From Octopus bimaculoides (Eukaryota), in contig NC_068987.1 in NCBI RefSeq assembly GCF_001194135.2, positions 64,133,323-64,197,322 of the forward strand: a DNA stretch of 64,000 nucleotides. Direction: 5' to 3'. Below, one piece after another: positions 54,245 through 64,000 of the stretch. Both the position numbers and the translations under genes were made by a program. Below the pieces are notes generated by a model. That model searched no databases. It saw only the letters and a program-made list of their open reading frames with translations, and was not told the DNA's origin. The number at the start of each line of letters is the position of its first letter. The first letter of the stretch is position 1.

Positions 54245-54870
54245 CCGCAAACATAGGATGAATTTCGCAAACATAGGATGAATTTGATCAGATAAAATGC
54301 TTAAATAGTCTTCACTATTAATTCTGCCATGAAGGGAAACCATTGGGCCGCAGATTTCCAAGATATAGTCCCACCCCCTGATCATCACAGACCCTCCTTT
54401 GTGTTTAACAGTTGGAAGATGGCAGTTTGGGTCAAATGTTTCTTTTGGATGTCTCTGCACGTATACTTGGCCGGTAGTCGAAAATAGGGTAAAGGATAAC
54501 TCATCCGAGAAAATAACATTCCTCCACTGCTCTAGGAACCAATTCTGTAGGTTTTTACTCCACTCTAAATGCTTTGCAACGTTTGTTTTTGAAAGTAGTG
54601 GTTTTTCCCTCTTTCTCAAAGGCTGTCATTACTTTCAGGACAGTACTTCTTGATACACCAAACATTTCGGCTTTTATCGTTACGCTAGCGCCTGCCATAC
54701 GAGCACCAACAATTTGACCTCTTTGAAAGTCCATTAGATGTGCCATTTTAATGAATTTTAATTACCTTTTTCTGATGATATCTGAAAAGAAACAGCAATT
54801 TCAGCATAACATATTAAGCAACACTAATAATAAATCAAAAACATAAAAACAAACAAGCTTTTGACGCTTT
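54245..54870 (-). mobile_element. Internally deleted Tc1-like (DD34E-type) transposon remnant
   Basis: MAHLMDFQRGQIVGARMAGASV..GVSRSTV HTH, KPLLSK, WRNVIFSDE and PTVKHKGGSVMI motifs. Confidence 0.9.
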
Positions 54871-55879
54871 TCTNNNNNNNNNNNNNNNNNNNNNNNNNNN
54901 NNNNNNNNNNNNNNNNNNNNNNNNNNNNNNNNNNNNNNNNNNNNNNNNNNNNNNNNNNNNNNNNNNNNNNNNNNNATATATATATATATATACACACAAA
55001 TACATTATGTATATTTTGTGACGGACGGAGGTGAATACTATATTTTATTTACAATGCTTTTGATTTGTAAGTTGTAATAAATATTATTATTTCTTAAGTA
55101 AGAAGTTATGATGGTAAACTCGTCACTTATAACTTAATTATAAGTATTTATCACCATGCATAAGTCTTAATTCAGGTTGCGTAAATGTTATAATGAATTA
55201 TAACATCAAGGCGCTGAACGTACGTTTTATGCGTGCATGTATGTTGAAGATATGGATTCGTATTCTTTTAACCGTTACATAAAAAAGAATACACAGTTTC
55301 ATAAATACAGAAATAAATTTAACAAGTTGAAAGAACGTGAAGTAAAAGAAAATAATTTCTACATTAGTTTATTTACATATTTGTATTAATATTACAATGG
55401 AAAGTAAACATTTTGTCATAGTTATTATAACTTAAAATCTATACTAACGTTCACAACAATTCAATCTTGTTGGATTTGAGTATAAACATGGCATAAAGAT
55501 TAGCCGATACTCAAAAGAGTGAGTGTCGTGGATTTGAGTAAAAACCAACAAACACCGGAGAGTGAATGTCGTGGATTTGAGTGAAAACCAACGATCACTG
55601 AATAATTGCCCAAAAATCAGGGTTTTTATAACTACTCAGACACGAATTCTAAGAACCGTACTCCATGAAAGATCTCTTTAACGAAAGTTTAGAATTCGTA
55701 TATGGGCAGTAATTTTTAACCAATGAGAAATTAACAATTTCTCCTGTTCGGAAAAACGAACCTATGTTCTCTCTCCGCCCCTTATGAGTTTGTTACAATA
55801 TACATAAATATGTATTTATGACAGGTCACTTGTGAGGTCCTTCATGAGTGCTAATGATAATATGGAATCCAGTACAATC

Positions 55880-56640
55880 TATTGCCAAGTCAGGTCGTCG
55901 GCAACTAAACTGGCGGCCCCACTACGATTGCCCGGTGAGCAGAGTTGGTAGAAACTCAGCAATGCGATAAACAAAAAACCGTCAAAAGGATAGAGAAACC
56001 TAGCATGGATTGGTGTCCAGCGTCCTGTAAGATCACTCCGAGTGAGCTACCCCTCAGCTTTTGATAAAGCATGTCTCTAGAGGAAGATTACTCTGATATA
56101 AAACCAGGTATGCAGGGAATGACATTGAACATTTTGAAGATCCTTTGCCTGCGCTCGAGATCAAAGCACTCCCACACTCATGATTCTGCGACCCATATTA
56201 GCATTGGATATCTTGCCCTGGCTTATCCTTAAACCAATTCAATGGGGTGGAGAGCATCTGTGAGTTATTGTGCAGGTTTCATTAAACCGAAAATTTTAAG
56301 TTGGGCAATCTCGGGTGAGGTGACTTTCCAATATTTGGTCGAGTAAGAGGGCGCCGCAGAGGTCGTTGAAGCCGAGGCCGCGTACCCGGGTGAGCCGACC
56401 GTGGGTGCAATAACTTCATGCACAAGAATTGAGAACATTTTGAGTGGGCAATGGTCCATCATGGTCTTCCTCGGTCACGAGTGGACAGCCATCATGTATG
56501 TATAAATGTATCCTTCGTTGGGATCTCAACTCCAGATAGACTTCTAATAACGAGATCATGATATACAGCTTGTCTTGGACATTTTAAACTTGGTGATGCC
56601 CAACTCTTTTCACGTCCAAAAATTTCGTCCAGAAAGTAAG
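55880..56640. mobile_element. Possible RTE fragments: 5'-UTR-like on plus (55880-56110) and ORF C-terminus on minus (56260-56640)
   Basis: Minus strand KSWASPSLKCPRQAVYHDL..PTKDT resembles the RTE WAGHV.RM..P.Q..Y.EL..KDT region. The plus-strand piece resembles RTE leaders only from memory. Confidence 0.35.
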
Positions 56641-56739
56641 AGGGAATAACAAAGAGAGGAAGAGGGAGGAAGAGAAAGAGAAAGAGAAACAGACAGAGAG
56701 GCAAAAGGAAAACAGAGAAACATTGTGAGAGATTAAGAA

Positions 56740-56885
56740 CTGACGTTAGTACTAGATTGGTACTTTATCGAATCAAGAAGGATGACAGCCTAAGTTAACC
56801 TCGGCGAGATTTTAGCTTAAGGCACAGAGGGATTTAATACCGCAAGGTATTCAGTCTGACGCTCTAATGTCTCTGCCTTCTCTGT
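56740..56885 (-). mobile_element. Decayed family-A SINE
   Basis: GGTACTTTATCG..AAGGATGA..AAGTT.ACCTCGGCG. Confidence 0.7.
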
Positions 56886-56922
56886 CAGCTCTTCTCTCCC
56901 TGTCTCTTTCCCCCTCTCCCCG

Positions 56923-56964
<42 letters not shown>

Positions 56965-57364
56965 GTATAGATAGATAGATAGATAGATAGATGGATATAA
57001 ATGTGTGTGTGTGTCTATACATGTGTATACATGTGCTCCATGTGTATGTGTGTGCGTATGTAGTTTTTCATTTATGGATGCATATGTATGTGCGTGTGTG
57101 TGTGTGCATATGTGTGTGTTACAAACTTTGATGACTTTAAACATTTTCCCAGACCTTTCCACGTAAAGTTCAGAGGAATTTGACAAATAGGAACAAAAAA
57201 TAATAACAATCTAAAAAAAAAAAATAAAATACAAGTAAGAATTTAAAAAAATTACAATGACATTAGCGATCAAAACAAACATACCATTTACATGACATTG
57301 TAAATTTGCAATAAACTGCACCTTTATGATCTGGATGTGTTTTTATTCAAAGCTACCTCTACAG

Positions 57365-57397
<33 letters not shown>

Positions 57398-57509
57398 AGT
57401 AAAAACTCAAGCTTACATTATCATAGCCGTACACATTGGTGCTATCATTGCTATATAGATATATAATCGTGAGTCGATTACCCAAATCACTAAGCCACGC
57501 GCCTTCATG

Positions 57510-57957
57510 GAGTTCGATTCCTGGCGAAGCGTTGTGTCCTGGATATTTTACGTTGTTCTAATCCACTCAGATGACAAAAATGAGTTGTATTTGTAATTCA
57601 AAGGTCCGGCATTGTCCCAATCAGTGTCACACTGAATCTCTCCGAGAACTACGTTAAGGATTCATGTGTCTGTGGAGTGCTCAACCACTAGCTCGTTAAT
57701 TCAAAGGTCCGGCATTGTCCCAATCAGTGTCACACTGAATCTCTCCGAGAACTACGTTAAGGATTCACGTGTCTGTGGAGTGGTCAGCCACTAGCTCGTT
57801 AATTCAAAGGTCCGGCATTGCCCCAATTAGTGTCACACTGAATCTCTCCGAGAACTACGTTAAGGGTACGCGTGTCTGTGGAGCTAATTGCACGAGCTGG
57901 CTGTTCCGTTGACCAGATCAGCTGGAACTCTCGTCGTCGTAACCGACGGAGTGCCAG
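57510..57957 (+). mobile_element. Family-C-tailed SINE with a triplicated 103-bp internal unit
   Basis: AATTCAAAGGTCCGGCATTG starts at 57595, 57698 and 57801. Confidence 0.9.
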
Positions 57958-58179
57958 TTATATAGATATATATGAATTCCTGCGGGTATAATATCTATGA
58001 TTTAGCACAAGCTCAGCAATCTTCAGAGGAAAGTTAGTCGCTGCTATCGCCCAGTATTTGATTAGTACTTGGGAAAAGAATAAAATCACCTTCGGTCATG
58101 AACGACCATGGGATCACACCTAGAAAGTTCCCATCTAAGGTACAAGTTGGGATATGGTTGTTTTGTAGAAGACCAGCAA

Positions 58180-58330
58180 TCATCCACCTTCAGAATGACC
58201 CACAATGCGGCCTCTTCGAAATTCAGACAGTTCCAAGGCTTCTTTTGTACAGGGCATGATTAAATAGTCACATATAGAATCTGAAACATAAAAAAGTCAA
58301 TTAATAAGAAATATAAACCTTTTACAGGTT
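58180..58330 (-). mobile_element. Tc1-like transposon 5' fragment
   Basis: MPCTKEALELSEFRRGRIVGHSEGG, a typical Tc1 N-terminus. Confidence 0.55.
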
Positions 58331-58680
58331 AGAATAAACAGAAAACGATGTTTTATGTGGTGTCTATTTACTTCTAACATGTGTGTGTATGTGCGTATGT
58401 GTGATGCGTCTTATGCATGTAAGGCTAAGTACATATACGTGTGTACTAGTGCTTGTATGTGTGTATATGTGCATATGTGTATGTGTGTGTTTGTTTGCGT
58501 GTGTGCGTGCTTGTGCATGTGTATGTGTATACGTTTGTCACAAATAGGTCAGTTGATGTCTCTTCCCCTATCTGTCACGCGACAAAGTATTTATGAAGTT
58601 CACACCTTTCGAAACAAAACTTTTATCATCAAAATTCACCTTTATCATCACCATCGTCGTCGTCATCGTCGTCATCGTCG

Positions 58681-58713
<33 letters not shown>

Positions 58714-58801
58714 ACAACAACAACAACAACCTTATTATCAAGCTCTCCATTGGCATTAACTGAGTGTTTTGTATTTTGATTTTAAGCTATTCCTACTACT
58801 A

Positions 58802-58847
<46 letters not shown>

Positions 58848-59242
58848 AGCTGCCACTGTGCTGGGTGGTTGAGAATGGGGGGGGGGAATAATCGATTTTG
58901 TTTTCTTTTGTTATTTTTTGGTTTGTAACTTATATTTGGCATTAGCACAAATCCAAGTATTTCAGGGATGGGCACTGTGTATCACATTGAATGCGGTATT
59001 GTGGGTTAGTTAGAGAATGAAGACCAGCGTCCATGGCTCGGACTTATGGGTTGTATGACTGGAAAGAAAATGGGAGGAAAGTAACCCCAAACCGGAGACT
59101 TGACTTCCATGTTTACACTAGCTTCGTCTTCATTAAACTGACTCATTGGCCAGATCGAAAGATAAACCGCGCGAGTTTATTGCCGAAATTATGTTTCTGG
59201 CATTCAGCTTTGAACCCAATATTTTTCGAACTGGCCGCAGGT

Positions 59243-59646
59243 ACTCTTTTATTTGTTTCAGTCATTTGACTGCGGCCATGCTGGAGCACCGCCTTTAGTT
59301 GAGCAAATCCACCCTGGGACTTATTCTTTGTAAGCCTAGTACTTATTCTATCAGTCTCTTTTGCCAAGCCGCTAAGTGACGAGGACATTAACACACCAAC
59401 ATCGGTTGTCAAGCAATGTTGGAGGGACAAACACAGACACACAAACACACACACATATACATACATATATATACATATATACGACGGGCTTCTTTCAGTT
59501 TCCGTCTACCAAATCCACTCACAAGGCTTTGGTCGGCCCGAGGCTATAGTAGAAGACACTTGCCCAAGGTGCCACGCAGTTGGACTGAACCCGGAACCAT
59601 GTGGTTGGTAAGCAAGCTACTTACCACACAGCCACTCCTGCGCCTA
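59243..59646 (-). mobile_element. Full-length SINE family B (reference copy)
   Basis: tRNA-like head with A- and B-box-like motifs, GGCACCTTGGGCAAGTG core resembling the CORE-SINE domain, central TA/TG repeat and 3' tail. Confidence 0.93.
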
Positions 59647-59678
59647 TTTTTTTTTTTTTTTGCCGAGTGTTTTTCCGA

Positions 59679-59720
<42 letters not shown>

Positions 59721-59927
59721 TGCAGTCGTAGTTATTGTAGCGGTAGGACGAAGTGTGGAGAGGATAATTGTGGAGGTAGATGTTTTGGCAACGGAGGGGG
59801 TACTGATGTCAATAGTGACCTAGGTAATGTTGATGGTACAGGAGTTAGTAAGGTTAGAGTCAGTGCAGTGGCTGATTCTTAGCTGGTTGTTGAAGGAATC
59901 TGATAGGCAAAATATTACCATTTTAAG

Positions 59928-59964
59928 AACTCGTAATTTTGGGAACGTTTTCACGAGGGTCAAA
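59928..59964 (+). CDS. Candidate 37-nt exon, (E)LVILGTFSRGS
   Basis: attaccattttaag acceptor, AA|gtgaga donor, phase 1-2. An alternative frame runs to a stop at 60015. Confidence 0.3.
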
Positions 59965-60563
59965 GTGAGAGACCGAGATCTTCTTCCCACTACCATGAGC
60001 AGAAACGTATTTTGAAAACATGCACCCCAATGTTGACAATTCCTATAGACATAATTAACCGCCAAACCAAAAATATAACGAACGGCAATAGCAAGCTAAC
60101 AACTAATCTGCATCCAAACCCTCACACGAAAATATATGTGTTTACATATACGTGTATTCCTATATATGTGTGTGCGTGTGTGTGTATGTGTGTACGTACG
60201 TACGTTATGTATGTATTTTTGTACCTATGTATGTGGGCGTAAGTGGATGTTTTTGTGTTTATGTAGGTATTTTTCTGAATTGCACTTGCCTGGCAAGTGA
60301 TTTGCAGTGGAAGAGGGGTCAGGAGCCAGATCGGAGTCAGTATGACGAAAACTTTGCCACCAAATAATATACGATATATATGATTAAGTGAGGTTAACAG
60401 TTTTTATTCATTTTCGAATACTTAACATGTCTGCCACACTGTAATTGCATACAGGCACACACGCACACACAAAAACACACACTTACGCACACACATATAC
60501 ATATGTAAGTATACTCATAGATATACATAAAAATATGTATATACATATAAACATACACACATA

Positions 60564-61080
60564 GCTGGTTATCGACACACAATCTGTGTCTGAAATATAC
60601 TGTGAGCAAGGGAGCGCACTACTCCCTCCTAGCCACTAGCAGTACCAACTGGACGATGCGATGGCTTCTGGATAATTTCTTGTCCTCTGTGCTAGACAAC
60701 CGCCGGTTAGAGATAGCAGCTTACTCAGTCCTACTCATAGTATATAAATATAGAAGTGACAGTCACTGATCTCGTAATGGGTAAAACAGCTAGTTTTAAA
60801 TCTCTGAATGAGATCTAAGTAGTAACTATCCTGCACAGTAAAATCTATTTGCCAACGTAAGGTGTCAGTCCTACGTAGGATCATATTAGAACATTTTAAC
60901 CCCAGGAAAGCACCTTTTCCGGCTGGTTATCGACAGACAATCTGTATCTGAAATATACTGTTAGCACGGGACTGTACTACTACCTCCTAGCCACTAGCAG
61001 TACCAACATACCAATGGTTTCTGGGTAATTTCCCGTCCTTGGTGCTAGAAAACCGCCGGCTAGAGATAGCAGCTTACACG
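60564..61080. repeat. Two diverged direct repeats of about 160 bp, 358-bp period
   Basis: GCTGGTTATCGACA..TAGAGATAGCAGCTTAC at 60564-60724 and 60922-61078. Confidence 0.9.
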
Positions 61081-61131
61081 ACTCTATATACATATATACA
61101 TATATGCATATATATACATATATACATATAT

Positions 61132-61215
<84 letters not shown>

Positions 61216-61271
61216 ATATATATATATATATATATATAAATATATATATATACAATTTGCANNNNNNNNNN

Positions 61272-61328
<57 letters not shown>

Positions 61329-62194
61329 TATGCATATACATACATCTATATACGAATATATATAGATACAATTTGCACATTCTCTCAATGACAATACCAC
61401 TGAATATAATATGGCATGGTCTATTGTATGTAATGCGCAACCCATATAAGGACGGCGGTTGTTGGTATGGGCTCTGTGTATCAGAGACGTTCCATATTAA
61501 TAAAATAAAATCGAATGTTTTAATCAAGGTGATGAATAAATCATAACATGCGAGAAGTTTAAATACAAATCGTTTCTATATGTTATACTAACAAAATATA
61601 TGACCTTGATCAGTGCAATAGTATAATTCCCAAACCTATGTTATTTATAATTTGATCCCACCTTAGTAATAGATAATGTTTTAGACCATATTCAGACGTT
61701 CTGCTATTTGAAAAATACTTATTACCCATTGATAATATAATATATTAGTACGTTATGCTAATGTTCTATGCCTTAACTATCTTTTACACATTACTGAAGT
61801 TATCACCGTCTCCCGACTGCCTTGGTTCTGTAATCCTAGACCTGAAATTTCTTTACACTCTTGATTGCCTTTATCTATATCTATTTCTATATTTCGATCA
61901 ATTTCATTATGATACACAGTTCATTAAAATTACTTTTATAACACCGATGGCAAATTCAGTCTAATAGAAGTGTTCGCCTTTTAGCATTATCGCCTGGCTA
62001 AAAGCTTGCACCTATATGTTTCTATATGAACACGTATATACGTTTGTTATATTGAAACTAGTATATGTGTATCTATGTATTTATGCGTATATGCATGATT
62101 ATTTGTATGTATGTATATATAGATATGTGTGTGTGTGTGCGTGCGTGCATGTGTGTATGTGTGTGTATCCACACACACACACACACGCACATAT

Positions 62195-62871
62195 CTCTTT
62201 TTACTCTTTTACCTGTTTCAGTCATTTGACTGCGGCCATGCTGGAGCACCGCCTTTAGTCGAGCGAATCGACCGCAGGACTTATTCTTTGGAAGCCTAGT
62301 ACTTATTCTATCGGTGTATTTTACCGAACCGCTAAGTTACGGGGTTGTAAACACACCACCATCGGCTGTCAAGGGATGCTGGGGGGAACAAACACAGACA
62401 CACAAACACACACACACACACACACANNNNNNNNNNNNNNNNNNNNNNNNNNNNNNNNNNNNNNNNNNNNNNNNNNNNNNNNNNNNNNNNNNNNNNNNNN
62501 NNNNNNNNNNNNNNNNNNNNNNNNNNNNNNNNNNNNNNNNNNNNNNNNNNNNNNNNNNNNNNNNNNNNNNNNNNNNNNNNNNNNNNNNNNNNNNNNNNNN
62601 NNNNNNNNNNNNNNNNNNNNNNNNNNNNNNNNNNNNNNNNNNNNNNNNNNNNNNNNNNNNNNNNNNNNNNNNNNNNNNNNNNNNNNNNNNNNNNNNTATA
62701 TATATACGCCGGGATTCTTTCAGTTTCCGTCTATCAAATCCACTCACAAGGCTTTGGTCGGCCTGAGGCTATAGTAGAAGACACTTGCCCAAGGTGCCAC
62801 ACAGTGGGAATGAACCCGGAACCATGTGGTTGGTAAGCAAGCTACTTACCACACAGCCACTCCTGCGCCTA
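62195..62871 (-). mobile_element. SINE family B spanning an N gap
   Basis: Both ends match 59243-59646. Confidence 0.92.
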
Positions 62872-62892
62872 TAAGTAGAATTTCCCGTACGC

Positions 62893-63340
62893 GTATAAGA
62901 AAATATATATATATAGGGTAGAAAAATTAGAGAATTTTTCTACCAGTGGCTAGCATGCATAAAAGAGTCAATAGACAACATATTTTTCATATGAAATTAG
63001 TGTACAAATATATATTAATTGTAGCGCCCGTGCTGATGAGAACACGGATGGCAAATTATTTTATTTGTTCATTGATGTTCGAAACTTACGTACATGTGGT
63101 AACTATTAAATATGTTCTTATTTTTCACCCCTTCGAAATTACTCTTAACCGTGGTTTGGGCTGTGGACTGCTCTTTTTAGCATGTAAGGTGACCTTTTAG
63201 GCTCACCTCTTCTGTGTATATTTGTACACTAACTTTATATGAAAAATATGTTGTCTATTGACTGACGCTTTTATTGCATGCTAGCCACTGGTAGAAAATT
63301 TCTCTAATTTTTCTACCCTATATATATTTTCTTATTATAC
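62893..63340. mobile_element. MITE-like element with roughly 120-bp TIRs
   Basis: 62893-63012 and 63217-63340 are close reverse complements. The left TIR contains the perfect hairpin GGTAGAAAAATT-AGAG-AATTTTTCTACC, with one mismatch in the right TIR. Confidence 0.88.
63027..63099 (+). ncRNA. Type I hammerhead ribozyme, complete core
   Basis: Stem I CCCGUG/CAUG(U)GG; CUGAUGA at 63033-63039; stem II GAACA/UGUUC extended by AUGGCAAAU/AUUUGUUCAU; GAAAC at 63081-63085; stem III AC-UUAC-GU; predicted cut after GUA at 63092. Confidence 0.78.
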
Positions 63341-63469
63341 TTTCGTAATTTTGAAGAATCTTGGCACATATATTTTATTTGCTGCCAACAACAACTGCGC
63401 TTGCGCGGTGGATTTGAAAAATTATAATGTATATTAGATGGAACATGTGCTGTCTTCAATGTCCCATAA

Positions 63470-63738
63470 ACATATATTAACTGTAGAGCCCGTGCCGATG
63501 AGAACACGGACGGCAAATTATTTTATTTGTTCATTGATGTTCCGAAACCTAAGTACATGTGGTAACTTTTTTCATTTCATTTCAAAGTTTCAGCTCAGAG
63601 CTGCGGCCATGCTGATGCACCACCGTGTAAACTATTGAAAATATTTTTATTTTTCATCCCCTTCGAAATTACTCTTAACCGTGGTTTGGGCTTTGACTGC
63701 TCTTTTTATCATGTAAGGTGGCCTGTTAGGCTCATGCA
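63470..63738 (+). repeat. Second copy of the hammerhead-bearing module, without TIRs, core-mutated, with an insertion of about 70 bp
   Basis: Parallels 63012-63215. The core reads CCGAUGA, there is an extra C before GAAAC, and GUA ends at 63555. Confidence 0.85.
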
Positions 63739-64000
63739 TGTATATGTATGCATGCCTGAATAAGTGTCCGTATGTATATATAAGTAGCCATATGTATTGA
63801 CGTTTTATTGTTCTGTGAGTGTATTCGTTCATTTATATGTAAAATCTGTACATATCTAAGTGGGTATGTACATCTGTATGTGTATGTATGTATGTATGTA
63901 TGTATGTATATATGTATGTGCAAATGTCTCCGTGTAGCCTATTTGTAATTAAATGGTTATAAGTGTATACCGTGGTGTGAGTACAGTTGTGATTTTTTTT

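Noticed and set aside
51964-54790. Other CTGATGA words (about 51965, 54096, 54773)
   Set aside because: None has a correctly placed stem II with GAAA and a cleavage triplet.
58190-58284. Strong minus-strand acceptor at about 58284 suggesting an exon
   Set aside because: All frames from that acceptor stop, and the downstream ATG frame is a Tc1 N-terminus.
59919-60042. Minus-strand 124-nt exon with an LRR-looking end (..KTFPKLRVLKM)
   Set aside because: Splice sites are plausible, but it does not chain with the minus-strand candidates at 46-48 kb without a very weak donor, and a plus-strand reading fits the larger model. Not excluded absolutely.

Overview
AT-rich, microsatellite-dense animal genomic DNA with many N gaps. 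The SINE repertoire and the (TA/TG/CA/ATT)n load fit an octopus (cephalopod) assembly; this is inferred from repeat content, not a database match. There are no prokaryotic features, rRNA, true tRNA genes or CRISPR arrays. Most ORFs in the supplied track are microsatellite or gap artefacts. What can be supported: (i) more than 30 copies of three or four tRNA-headed SINE families; (ii) decayed transposons (CR1/L2-like LINEs, an R4/Dong-like element, a Tx1/L1-like element, four Penelope-like remnants, mariner, Tc1, maT/DD37D, Helitron, possibly RTE); (iii) four inverted-repeat, MITE-like elements; (iv) a hand-built chain of small, phase-compatible plus-strand exons suggesting the window is mostly intron of one large gene of unknown identity. 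The most notable signal is a complete type I hammerhead ribozyme fold (63027-63099) at the centre of a roughly 450-bp element with roughly 120-bp terminal inverted repeats, followed by a core-mutated second copy whose cleavage site lies 463 nt downstream. Also notable are a (TAA)n hotspot holding back-to-back Dong-like and Tx1-like elements, and a non-autonomous element that shares the Dong-like 3' tail. All coordinates, pairings and translations were read by eye, so boundaries are approximate.
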